From: Corallococcus exiguus
Lineage (GTDB): Bacteria > Myxococcota > Myxococcia > Myxococcales > Myxococcaceae
Direction of reading: 5' to 3'
DNA: 64,000 nucleotides
NCBI RefSeq assembly: GCF_009909105.1
Contig: NZ_JAAAPK010000002.1
Span: 157,827 to 221,826, forward strand
Positions 8,380 through 17,441 of this stretch are shown here, one piece after another; within the stretch, counting starts at the first letter, position 1; each line of letters opens with the position of its first letter. Below the pieces are notes generated by a model. That model saw only the letters and a program-made list of their open reading frames with translations, did not search any database and had not been told where the DNA came from. Position numbers and translations under genes: made by a program.

Positions 8380-10341
8380 ATGAGCCTCGTCATCGCCCAG
8401 GACATCAGCCTCGCCTACGGAAAGAAGGTCCTCTTCGACGAGGACAATTTCACCCTCGGTCCCAGGGACCGGGTGGGCCTGGTGGGGGCCAACGGGACGG
8501 GAAAGTCGTCCCTCATGAAAATCATCGCCGGGGCGAGCCTGCCGGACGGGGGCACCGTCCAGTACAGCCGCCGGGCCCGGGCGGGCTACCTCCCCCAGGA
8601 AATCGCCGGCCTGCCGGAGGGCACGGTGGTGGAGGCGGTCATGAGCACCGTCCCCGGCCGGGACTCCCTGGAGGTCCGGCTGAAGGACACGGAGGCGGCG
8701 CTCGCCGGCAGCTCGGACGAGGAGGAGCAGCTGGAGCTGGCCCAGACGCTGGCGGACCTCCACGCGGAGCTGGACGACTTCGAGAACCGCTACGGCCGGC
8801 ACCACGCCGAGCGCATCCTCAAGGGCCTGGGCTTCAAGGACGCGGACCTGTCCAAGCCCACCCAGGCGCTGTCCGGCGGCTGGCGCATGCGCGCGGCGCT
8901 GGCGGGACTGCTCCTCCAGGACCCGGACCTGCTGCTGTTGGACGAGCCCACGAACCACCTGGACGTGCCCACGCTCGCGTGGTTCGACGGGTTCCTGCGC
9001 CGCTCCAACAAGGCGATGGTGCTCATCTCCCACGACCGCGACTTCCTCAACCGGCAGATCAACCGGGTGGTGTCCCTGGAGATGGAGGGCGTGCGCGAGT
9101 ACGCCGGCAACTACGAGGACTACAAGCGCCAGCGCGCGGAGGAGATGGTCCTCCTGCAGGCGCGGGCGGAGAAGGTGGAGCAGCGCCGCGCGGAGCTGCA
9201 GGGCTTCATCGACCGGTTCGGTGCGAAGGCCACCAAGGCGAAGCAGGCGCAGAGCCGCGCGAAGATGCTGGCGAAGCTGGAGAAGGTCCAGGTCCTGGAA
9301 GAGCGCCAGACGATGAAGTTCCGCTTCCCGGAAGTGGAGCGCAGCGGCCGGGACGTGGTGTTGATGGAGGACATCACCAAGCGCTACGGCGCGCTCACCG
9401 TCTACGACGGGCTGAACGCGCGGCTGGAGCGCGGCCAGCGCATCGCCGTGGTGGGCGCGAACGGCGCGGGCAAGACGACCCTGCTCAAGATGGTGGCGGG
9501 GGAGCTGGCGCCGGACAGCGGCAAGGTGACGGTGGGGCACAACGTGGTGGTGGGCTATTACGCGCAGCACCACGCGGACAAGCTGGACCGCCGCAACACC
9601 ATCATCGAGGAGGTGCGGCCCCTGGCCGAGGACAAGCCGGAGAGTTACGTGCGCGGCGTGCTGGGCGCGTTCCTCTTCAGCGGCGACGACGTGGACAAGC
9701 CCATCGGCGTGCTGAGCGGTGGCGAGCGCGCCCGCGTGGCGCTGGCGAAGCTGCTGCTGGTGCCGTCCAACTTCCTCCTGATGGACGAGCCGACGAACCA
9801 CCTGGACCTGGACTCGTCGGAGATGCTGATTGAGGCGCTGAAGCTGTACGGCGGCACGCTGCTGTTCGTCAGCCACAACCGCAGCTTCATCAACAACCTG
9901 TGCACGCACGTCTGGGAGGTGGCGGACGGCAAGCTCACGTCGCACGCGGGCAACCTGGACGAGTACCTCTACCACCAGGAGCAGCTGCGCCTGACGGCGG
10001 AGGGCGCGGACACGGGCTCGCCGAGCGGGAAGGGCGGGGCGCCGGGTGCGGGTCCGGTGTCGGAGAAGGACCGCAAGCGCCTGGAGGCGGAGGCCCGTCA
10101 GCGGCGCTCCGTGGTTGAGGGCCCCATCAAGAAGGAGATCGCGAAGCTGGAGGAGCGCATCGCGAAGGTGGAGGCCGAGCAGAAGGAGCGCGAGGGCCAG
10201 CTGGCGGACCCGGTCCTCTACAACGACTTCGCCCGGGCGAAGCCGCTCATGGACGCGCACCGGACGGGCAAGGAGGAGCTGGAGGACCTCTATGCCCGCT
10301 GGGAGGCCGCGCAGGAGAAGCTGGCGGCGGCGCAGGCCTGA
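8380..10341 (+). CDS. ABC-F family ATPase (two ABC cassettes, no TM; EttA/Uup/YheS-like translation factor)
   Basis: Two Walker A motifs (GANGTGKSS and GANGAGKTT), two ABC signatures (LSGGWRMR and LSGGERARV), and two Walker B motifs (LLLLDEPTNHLD and FLLMDEPTNHLD). The C-terminus is a coiled coil. ATG at 8380 gives MSLVIAQDISLAYG. Confidence 0.9.
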   Translation: MSLVIAQDISLAYGKKVLFDEDNFTLGPRDRVGLVGANGTGKSSLMKIIAGASLPDGGTVQYSRRARAGYLPQEIAGLPEGTVVEAVMSTVPGRDSLEVRLKDTEAALAGSSDEEEQLELAQTLADLHAELDDFENRYGRHHAERILKGLGFKDADLSKPTQALSGGWRMRAALAGLLLQDPDLLLLDEPTNHLDVPTLAWFDGFLRRSNKAMVLISHDRDFLNRQINRVVSLEMEGVREYAGNYEDYKRQRAEEMVLLQARAEKVEQRRAELQGFIDRFGAKATKAKQAQSRAKMLAKLEKVQVLEERQTMKFRFPEVERSGRDVVLMEDITKRYGALTVYDGLNARLERGQRIAVVGANGAGKTTLLKMVAGELAPDSGKVTVGHNVVVGYYAQHHADKLDRRNTIIEEVRPLAEDKPESYVRGVLGAFLFSGDDVDKPIGVLSGGERARVALAKLLLVPSNFLLMDEPTNHLDLDSSEMLIEALKLYGGTLLFVSHNRSFINNLCTHVWEVADGKLTSHAGNLDEYLYHQEQLRLTAEGADTGSPSGKGGAPGAGPVSEKDRKRLEAEARQRRSVVEGPIKKEIAKLEERIAKVEAEQKEREGQLADPVLYNDFARAKPLMDAHRTGKEELEDLYARWEAAQEKLAAAQA

Positions 10342-10409
10342 CGCGGGAGGGCTGGACAGGGGAGGGGCCTTGGAATCCAATCCAAGGCCGCCCGAAGTCC
10401 GGAGCCTCC

Positions 10410-11147
10410 ATGTTCTTTGGCCGTTCCAACGAAAACCCGACGTTCATTCCACACAGCAAGATTTCAGCGGCGGTCCAGGACCTGATTGAAGGTGCCAAGC
10501 GCGAGCTGACGCTGGTGACACCCTATTTCAAGCCCTGGAATCACTTGCAGAATGCCATCCGTGGCCGGCTGAAGGAGCATGTCGCGGTCACGTTGGTCAT
10601 CCGGGCGGATGAGCTCACCAAGACCTCGGCGCACCTCCAGCCGTTTGCTGCGGAGGGGGCCCGGATCATGAGTCTGGATCGACTGCATGCGAAGCTCTAC
10701 ATGAGCGAGAGGTGCGCCGTCCTGACATCCATGAATCTCCTTGAGACGTCCGCACTGAACAGCTGGGAATGTGCGTTGCAGATCTCAGCCGAGGACTCGC
10801 CCACGCTGTTCAAGCAGTTCGCGGAGCAGGTACTTGCTATTCGCAATGCCGCGAACCTTGTGCCGTCTTCGGCGCTCACCGGGACGCCTTCCCCGGCTCC
10901 TGCGTCGCAGCCTGCTGCGAAACAAGAGCCCAACCTCATCCAGCACTTCGGCATCTGGAAGACCGACCTGAAGCCCGAGATGATTGAGGCGCGTCGTACC
11001 TATCCGCGTGCCTATGAGGGGTGGTCAGACGAGGAGTTGGGTGTCGTGAAGCTGCTCGGGCAGCGCGGAGAAGATGCCGAAACCATCGCCAAGCGATTGG
11101 GCCGCCAACCCAGCTCTATTGAGCGGAAACTGAAGGAACTGCTTTAG
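10410..11147 (+). CDS. PLD-superfamily (single HKD-like motif) putative nuclease/phosphodiesterase with C-terminal helical tail
   Basis: IEGAKRELTLVTPYF at the start of the domain. The HxK motif LHAKLYMSE-x6-LTSMNL has H and K conserved, the acidic position is E, and TSxN is present. Local GC is about 58% against about 70% in the flanks. Confidence 0.6.
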   Translation: MFFGRSNENPTFIPHSKISAAVQDLIEGAKRELTLVTPYFKPWNHLQNAIRGRLKEHVAVTLVIRADELTKTSAHLQPFAAEGARIMSLDRLHAKLYMSERCAVLTSMNLLETSALNSWECALQISAEDSPTLFKQFAEQVLAIRNAANLVPSSALTGTPSPAPASQPAAKQEPNLIQHFGIWKTDLKPEMIEARRTYPRAYEGWSDEELGVVKLLGQRGEDAETIAKRLGRQPSSIERKLKELL

Positions 11148-11154
11148 ACCTGCC

Positions 11155-11673
11155 ATGGCCCACATCTCCAAAGAGGTTGCGTACAACCTCATCGTCGAGT
11201 TGGGGCTGCCTCAGGTCATCCTGGACATCTTCGAGGGCAATCCACCGGAGGACTGCAGCTACCGGTACGGCCGTCCGGATGAGTACTACCGGATGACCGA
11301 AGAGCATCAGGCGAACTACGGCGCGGACGCCGTGGTGCCATTCATGGACAACAGCAACTTCGACGTTCTGTTCGCCTATGATCGACAGCGGCATGCATAT
11401 CTTCGCTTCTACGTGGAAGCGCCAACGGAGGGCCTCGCCCAGCCCTTCTGCTCATGGCAGCAGCTCATGGCTCAAGAGTTCATCCGTCACTACGAAGATG
11501 AAATGGACAACGCCCTCCTTCGTGATTTCGCGAAGCGGTTCGACTTCCATTTCGTAGAGGAGTTGATCGAACTGGGAGAGCGGAACTGCCGGGAGGACGA
11601 CGAGAGGTGGCTCCCGGAGTGCGAAAAGTTCGTCGCCTGGGTTGGCGAACGAGGGGACAAGGCACTGCCGTAG
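11155..11673 (+). CDS. Hypothetical acidic protein (172 aa), partner of the PLD-like gene (8-bp intergenic gap)
   Basis: Track ORF with no recognised motif. It is rich in aromatic and acidic residues, in the size range of immunity-type proteins. It shares the same low-GC patch as the PLD-like gene. Confidence 0.5.
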   Translation: MAHISKEVAYNLIVELGLPQVILDIFEGNPPEDCSYRYGRPDEYYRMTEEHQANYGADAVVPFMDNSNFDVLFAYDRQRHAYLRFYVEAPTEGLAQPFCSWQQLMAQEFIRHYEDEMDNALLRDFAKRFDFHFVEELIELGERNCREDDERWLPECEKFVAWVGERGDKALP

Positions 11674-11678
11674 GCGGG

Positions 11679-12554
11679 TTATTGAACATCGAAGACCTTC
11701 CGGACCGGGGCGCCGCCGCGCTCAATCTGGAGTTCGATGCGCCGGGCGTCCCGTAGCTTCGTGAAGGCCTCCAGCGCCTTGTCGGGGCTGTCCAGGTCCA
11801 GGCCGTTGATGCGCTGGAGCACGTCTCCGTTGCGCAGCCCCATCCGTGAGTAGAACGACTCCTCGCGGATGGAGAACAGCTTGAAGCCCACGGGGCGGCC
11901 GTCCTTGAAGGCGGGCACCACCCGGGCCTGCATCGACAGCTCGGGCAGGTGCGTGAGTGCTTCGGTGACGTCCTCGCGCGGCACCGCGTAGGTGTCTGGC
12001 CCCGTCTCCCGGATGCCGCGGCCCAGGCCTGAGCCTCCGGGCTGCGCGGCCCCCGGATGGGCGTTCACCGCGACGGGCGGCACGCTCCCGAATCCGTCGA
12101 CGTACTCGAGCCGCCCGTCCACCAGCAGCAGGATGCGCTCCCGCTCGATGGCGAAGACCCTCGCCCCTTGGATGAGGTCGCTGACCATCAGGCTGTGCGC
12201 GCTGCCGGCCGGCAGCTCGTGGATGGAGGCCATGGACCACCGGGGATCCTGCGCCACCAGGGTGCCCAGCAGCCGGATGGCCAGCGTGCTCCGGCGCAGG
12301 TCCTGCTCTGGCGCTGGAGCCACCTCCACGTGGGGAGCGGATGAGAGCCCCGTCAGCTGCGCCAGTCGCGTCCCATCCAGCGCCGTCGAGGGAGGGACGT
12401 TCGATGGCACAGAGGCCGCGGCCCAGGTGTCGCGGATGCCTGGCAGCACGAAGGCGCTGGTCACCTGATTCGCGATCAGCGCGGCTGTCAGGGCACACGA
12501 AAAGACAAGCAGGACGAACAGGCCCTGAACGGGCCGCTGCATTCCATCATTCAT
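11679..12554 (-). CDS. GspC-like protein (N-terminal TM anchor plus C-terminal PDZ domain)
   Basis: The N-terminal hydrophobic segment is GLFVLLVFSCALTAALIA. A C-terminal PDZ-like block is present (…GFKLFSIREESFYSRMGLRNGDVLQRINGLDLDSPDKALEAF…). No other T2SS genes are adjacent. Confidence 0.55.
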   Translation of the reverse strand: MNDGMQRPVQGLFVLLVFSCALTAALIANQVTSAFVLPGIRDTWAAASVPSNVPPSTALDGTRLAQLTGLSSAPHVEVAPAPEQDLRRSTLAIRLLGTLVAQDPRWSMASIHELPAGSAHSLMVSDLIQGARVFAIERERILLLVDGRLEYVDGFGSVPPVAVNAHPGAAQPGGSGLGRGIRETGPDTYAVPREDVTEALTHLPELSMQARVVPAFKDGRPVGFKLFSIREESFYSRMGLRNGDVLQRINGLDLDSPDKALEAFTKLRDARRIELQIERGGAPVRKVFDVQ

Positions 12555-12716
12555 GACAAAGGCCTCCCTGTTTGGAACAGGGAGGCCTTGAGCAAACCAG
12601 GGGCCAGCGGCTCCCCAGAGGGAGCGCGGTGGGCGCTGAAGCCCGGTCAGGGACCTCGTGTCAGGAATCGCGGTGCCAGCAATGACAACCCGTCATGACA
12701 CGGTGTCCGTCATCCC

Positions 12717-14246
12717 TCAGTGGCCGTAATAGAAGGACGAGCCCCAGAGGTAGGCGGTCCGGCTGGCGGGAGCCGTGCCCACCAGGCAGTGCGCGCCGTC
12801 ATAACCGCCGATGACGCAGTGGGGAGTCGGCGTGATGTAGAGGTTGTTCGCCCACTTGAACGGCGTCGAACCCCAGGGCAGCGGCATGACGAAGCAGTTG
12901 GCCCCGTCGAACGTCGACGGCGCGGGGCACGCGTTGCCGGGGCCGGGCGTCAGGTAGAGGTTCCCGGACCAGACGAAGTAGCTGGTGCTCCAGGAGGGGT
13001 AGGGGAGGATGTAGCAGTTCGCCGTGTCCCAGCCGGAGGGCGCCGGGCAGTAGGTGCCGGGCAGCGCGTTGACGTAGTAGGCGTTGTTGTGGACGAACGC
13101 CGTCAGCCCGGAGGGCACGTTCATCACGTGGCAGTTCGCCCCGTCCCAGCTCGCGGTGAGGGGCGCGCCCGTGTGCGACGTGACCTTCGGCGCGCAGGGG
13201 TTGTAGGGGTTGTAGGGCGTGGCCGCTGAGAAGAACGCGTACGAGTCCGCGTTGCGGATGGCGCTGCTGGGATCGCTGCTCGCGAGCACCAGGTTGGCGG
13301 AGTAGCCGTACTGGACGTCATCCGTCTTCGCCACGACCCGGAAGTGGCTGACTTCATGAATCAGGGTGTCTGCCTTGGAGCCCGCCCCCGTCATGGGCGC
13401 GGGCCAGAATCCGGAGCACAGGTGGATCTTGTATTCCTTCCGGGGCTTGACGTAGGCGTAGGCGTTGCTCTGGTTGCAATCGCAGTAGAACTTGAACGTC
13501 TCGTTGTCCACGGCGTTCCGAATCTTCCGGAAGTTCTCACGGACGGTGCTGTAACGAGAGCTGTCGTAGGCGCCGAACCATTGGGTGTAGCGAGTCACCG
13601 GGTTCCCCGCCACCAGGTAGTCATAGGAGTCGTTCGCGTAGTTGAGGGCGTGCTGCCGGGCGTCGATCAGCGCGTTCTTCTGCGAGCTGCTGCACTGCTT
13701 CCACTTCTCGTTGCTGCCACTGACGATCTTGGTCTGCGGCTCGTCGTCGTCCAGGTCGTCCGGATCCAGGGGCGGCTCGCGACCCTCGATGTCGAGGAAG
13801 ACGACGTTGGAGACCGCCGTCCCCCGGCCCATCCTCGCGTCCAGGAGCTCGGTCTTGAACTGGACCGCGTAGGTCCCCGAGACGGAGAGGTCGTAGTTGT
13901 CCCAGAGCGAGGCGATGCCCGAGATGCTCTCTCCCGGCTTCAGCGTGAGGTAATCGCTGTCCGAGGGCGCGTCGCGCCGGTAGAGCCGGCCGATGTAGTC
14001 CACCGGCTTGCGCTCCAGGGCGACGGTGAAGATGTCCGCCTGGATGCCATCCACGACAGGCGTCTGGTAGCCGAGGATCCGCACCGGCTCCTTCGATACG
14101 TTCGTGAACGTGACCGCGAGGTCCACGGGCGCGTCCGCCGGAAACTTCGCCACCTTGGACGTGAGCTTGATGTCGATGGCCTCCCCGGCGCTTGCGTGTA
14201 ATGGGATTGAAACGAGCGCGGCCACGATGAGACAGATCAATTTCAT
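12717..14246 (-). CDS. Secreted M35/aspzincin-type (peptidyl-Lys) metalloendopeptidase with four C-terminal Cys-containing repeats
   Basis: Signal peptide MKLICLIVAALVSIPLHASA (ATG at 14246, internal to track ORF 12717..14282). HEVSHF (HExxH) is followed by AKTDDVQYGYSA (the GTxDxxYG aspzincin motif). The C-terminus has 4 repeats of ~40 aa (C.AP...DGANC.V.P). Confidence 0.7.
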   Translation of the reverse strand: MKLICLIVAALVSIPLHASAGEAIDIKLTSKVAKFPADAPVDLAVTFTNVSKEPVRILGYQTPVVDGIQADIFTVALERKPVDYIGRLYRRDAPSDSDYLTLKPGESISGIASLWDNYDLSVSGTYAVQFKTELLDARMGRGTAVSNVVFLDIEGREPPLDPDDLDDDEPQTKIVSGSNEKWKQCSSSQKNALIDARQHALNYANDSYDYLVAGNPVTRYTQWFGAYDSSRYSTVRENFRKIRNAVDNETFKFYCDCNQSNAYAYVKPRKEYKIHLCSGFWPAPMTGAGSKADTLIHEVSHFRVVAKTDDVQYGYSANLVLASSDPSSAIRNADSYAFFSAATPYNPYNPCAPKVTSHTGAPLTASWDGANCHVMNVPSGLTAFVHNNAYYVNALPGTYCPAPSGWDTANCYILPYPSWSTSYFVWSGNLYLTPGPGNACPAPSTFDGANCFVMPLPWGSTPFKWANNLYITPTPHCVIGGYDGAHCLVGTAPASRTAYLWGSSFYYGH

Positions 14247-14336
14247 CCAGACAGGGTGCAATATCCTGGGTGAAATTTTCAACGTGACAAATGCGTCGTG
14301 CGAGACGCTGATTTGTAACCTGAATTGCTACAGCGG

Positions 14337-15038
14337 CTATTTGAAGATCTTCGACAGGAGCCACACGACGGCGGATTCGGCGGCGCTGTTGTTCAGGTGC
14401 CGGGCCCGGCGGCCGTAGGTTTCGCTGGGCTGGGCCTTGGTCAGCTCGTCCGTATACGGCGCGGAACCGTCCGGCGCGCAGCTTCCACAGTACAGCCGCT
14501 CCTCCCAGACGAATCCGTAGCGCACGTCCATCCTCCGGCCACACGTCACGCAGGCCGGCTCGTCACCCACGCGCACCTTGGGCAACAGGCTCAGGCTTCG
14601 CTTGGGGTCGTACTCGTGCTCGAAGTCAGCGGCGATGGGCTGTGGCTCATGGCGGGCTTCCGGCTCCGCGGTCTTCTGGAGCCGGGCCAGCTCCTCCGCG
14701 TTCAGGGCCACACCCCGGCACTTCGTGCAGACGTCCACCGCCACGTCCCGCAGCTCCACCATGGACAGTGGCGCGCTGCCGCACGTGGGGCAGGTGGGCG
14801 CCTGGCGCCCGCAGGACGGACAGCCCGGGACGTACTGGAGCGAGGCCTCACAGCCCTTGCAGCGCCCGGGTTTGCCCTTCGCCTGTTCGAAGACGGCCGT
14901 CAGCGTGGGCGCGCCGACGACGCGCGCCAGCATCTCCTCCTCGAACCAGGCGGCCCCGCAGGCTCCGCACTCGTCGCGCACCAGCCCCCGGGCGTAGGTG
15001 TTGCGCATCGTCGTCTGGCAGAAGGGGCACGCCTGCAT
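14337..15038 (-). CDS. Protein with three TFIIB-type zinc-ribbon modules
   Basis: The pattern CP.C....(12-16)..C..C.G.W/AL..EEL recurs three times (CPFCQ…ECGACGAAWFEEEM; CPTCG…VCTKCRGVALNAEEL; CVTCG…YCGSC). Confidence 0.6.
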   Translation of the reverse strand: MQACPFCQTTMRNTYARGLVRDECGACGAAWFEEEMLARVVGAPTLTAVFEQAKGKPGRCKGCEASLQYVPGCPSCGRQAPTCPTCGSAPLSMVELRDVAVDVCTKCRGVALNAEELARLQKTAEPEARHEPQPIAADFEHEYDPKRSLSLLPKVRVGDEPACVTCGRRMDVRYGFVWEERLYCGSCAPDGSAPYTDELTKAQPSETYGRRARHLNNSAAESAVVWLLSKIFK

Positions 15039-15087
15039 GGCGCCCTCAGCCTACCGGGTCTTTCCCGGAAACGGGATGCCGCGGGAC

Positions 15088-17331
15088 TCACCCCGTGCGG
15101 CGGCGCTTCTCCTTCTTCGGCTTGGGCTCGGGCGTCTTCGGGGCCGGCGCGGGTTCGCGCAGCTCCTCCGGGACGGGGAGGGCGGGCTGGGAGGGACGCG
15201 TGGGCGGCGCGGGGGTGCCGTCCGGCAGCGCGCCCTCCACCTGCTCGGAGGGCAGGGCCGGCAGGCGGATGATGAACGTGGTGCCTTCGCCCGACTTGCT
15301 CAGCACGCTGATGCTGCCGCCATGGTTCTTCACGATGCGCTGGCTGATGGCGAGCCCCAGGCCCGTGCCCTTCTGCTTCGTCGTGAAGAAGGGCACGAAG
15401 ATGTGCGGCTGTTGATCCGCCGGGATGCCCGGGCCGGTGTCGGAAACGCGCACCTCCACGAACTCGCCGCCCGCGCTGCGCAGGTCGCCGAAGCGCTCCG
15501 GCTTCTCCGTGCGCACCGTGATGCGGCCCGGCTGCGGCCCCATCGCCTGCACCGCGTTCTGCACCAGGTTGATCAGCACCTGCTTGAGCTGCTCCGCGTC
15601 GCCTTCCGCGCGCGGAAGGCGCAGGTCCAGCTCCACCGCCAGCTCCGCCGTGGGCGGCATGTCGTTCTGGATGAGCCGCATCGTGCGCGTCACCACCTCG
15701 TTGAGGTCGGTGGGTCCGAAGTTCTGCTTCAGCGGGCGCGAGTAATCCAGGAACGCCGTCACCACGCCGTTGAGGCGGTTGACCTCCTCCACGATGACGT
15801 CCAGGAACTCGCCGTCCTCGCCCGGCAGCTTCCGAGGGTCCAGGCACTGCGCCGCGCCCTTGATGGCGCCCAGCGGGTTGCGGATTTCATGCGCCAGGCC
15901 CGCCGCCATCTCACCCAGCGCCGCCAGGCGGTCCCGCTCGCGGATCTTCTCGTACAGCTTGGAGTTCTCCAGCACCGTCGCCATCCGCTCGGAGACCTCC
16001 AGGATGAGCGCGATTTCATCCGACGCGTACGCCTCTGGCACCCGTTCGTCCCACAGGTTCAGGAAGCCGATGACGCGGTCATTGCCCATCAGCGGCACGC
16101 TGATGCCGGCCTTCATCTGGAGCAGCGCGGCGCGCGTGTCGTTGAGCCGCTTCAGTTCGTCGCGGAAGCGCTTGCCCTCCACCGCCTGCACCCGCATCAC
16201 GGAGATGCGCCGCTCGATGTTCTCCAGCAGCACCGCCTTCTGCCCGCTGGCCACCGCGAAGAGCACGCCGCGCGCGGCCGCCGTGTCCAGCAGCGCCACC
16301 GGCAGCGGGCCTCGCGAGTCCAGGAGCCGGTAGCCCGGCCGGTCCTCCGCCATCAGGTACACCGACGCGTGCGTCACGCGCCCCGTCTCGTGCAGCGCGT
16401 CCAGCACCACGCGCGCCAGTTCTGAAATCTCGATGACGGACGCCATGCGCACGCGCAGGGTGCTCAGCGTGCCCAGCAGCGCGAAGCGCTCGCGGAAGAA
16501 GATGCGCACCACCATCTCCTCCACCTTGGTGCGCAGCGGATCCAACAGGATGAGGATGACGAACGCGGCCACCACCGTGTTGAAGACGAAGAGCGACGTG
16601 TTCTCGTCCACCCACGCCGTCAGCACCGTGAACACCGACGCCAGGATGACCGCCAGCACCGTCTGCGAGGCGATCTTCCCCAAGAGCTCGTGCAGGTCCA
16701 TCAGCCGCAGCCGCAACAGCGTCTGCGCGAGGAAGAACAGGTAGAGCGTCGCGAAGACCGGGCCCAGCGTGGGGAACGGGATGTCGTTGCGCGACAGGAA
16801 GTCCAGCCCGTTGAACAGCACCGCCGCGCCCGCGCCAATGGCCAGGTACGCCAGCCGGAACTGCTCGATGCGCGACTCCGTCGTGCGCACCCGGTGCACC
16901 AGCAAGGACACGGAAGTGAACAGCGTGCCCAGCACCCAGGCGCCCAGCGCCAGCCGGGCCCACCCATTGTCCGCCAGGGGTGTAACGGCGACGGTCAAGC
17001 CCAGCACGCCGGACAGGAGGGCGAGCCGCCGGCCGACCTGGTGGGCTCCCTTGCTGACCCCCAGGAACTCGAGGAAGAAGGCGACCGCCGCCCCGGGCAC
17101 CAGGGAGACGACGAGCACCGTCGCCCCGAGGGCGATGCGGGACACCCAGGGGTAGTCCTGCGAGGGAAAGATGCTGTGGAAGAAGAGGCTGAGGTAGTAC
17201 CCGGCGACCGTCAGGGTGAAGACGGAGTAGAGCGTGAGGACCCGGGGTCGTCCGGGGCGCAACAACATGGACACGCCCAGCGCCAGACCGATGATGGAAG
17301 CAAGCAGTGCGCTCTGGGTGCGGATATCCAT
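15088..17331 (-). CDS. Sensor histidine kinase: multi-TM N-terminal domain, GAF, HisKA/HATPase_c, Pro-rich C-terminal tail
   Basis: About 7 N-terminal hydrophobic helices. A GAF-like region is present. The H-box is LAHEIRNPLGAIKGAAQCL. The N, G1 and G2 boxes are present (LINLVQNAVQAM, DTGPGI, GTGLGLAIS). Confidence 0.85.
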   Translation of the reverse strand: MDIRTQSALLASIIGLALGVSMLLRPGRPRVLTLYSVFTLTVAGYYLSLFFHSIFPSQDYPWVSRIALGATVLVVSLVPGAAVAFFLEFLGVSKGAHQVGRRLALLSGVLGLTVAVTPLADNGWARLALGAWVLGTLFTSVSLLVHRVRTTESRIEQFRLAYLAIGAGAAVLFNGLDFLSRNDIPFPTLGPVFATLYLFFLAQTLLRLRLMDLHELLGKIASQTVLAVILASVFTVLTAWVDENTSLFVFNTVVAAFVILILLDPLRTKVEEMVVRIFFRERFALLGTLSTLRVRMASVIEISELARVVLDALHETGRVTHASVYLMAEDRPGYRLLDSRGPLPVALLDTAAARGVLFAVASGQKAVLLENIERRISVMRVQAVEGKRFRDELKRLNDTRAALLQMKAGISVPLMGNDRVIGFLNLWDERVPEAYASDEIALILEVSERMATVLENSKLYEKIRERDRLAALGEMAAGLAHEIRNPLGAIKGAAQCLDPRKLPGEDGEFLDVIVEEVNRLNGVVTAFLDYSRPLKQNFGPTDLNEVVTRTMRLIQNDMPPTAELAVELDLRLPRAEGDAEQLKQVLINLVQNAVQAMGPQPGRITVRTEKPERFGDLRSAGGEFVEVRVSDTGPGIPADQQPHIFVPFFTTKQKGTGLGLAISQRIVKNHGGSISVLSKSGEGTTFIIRLPALPSEQVEGALPDGTPAPPTRPSQPALPVPEELREPAPAPKTPEPKPKKEKRRRTG

Positions 17332-17441
17332 GTGCAGGCGGACAGTCTAACCTCTGTCAGGGGCTGGAAATTTTCCAACCACCCCCAGTTGTCCTCGGGC
17401 GTGCCCGAGCGCATCTCCCAGGGTCCCCGAGGCCCCCGCGA

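Noticed and set aside
8362-10380. 672-aa minus-strand ORF antisense to the ABC-F gene
   Set aside because: The ABC-F frame has two complete Walker A, signature and Walker B sets. The antisense frame is Leu/Arg/Val-rich with no motif.
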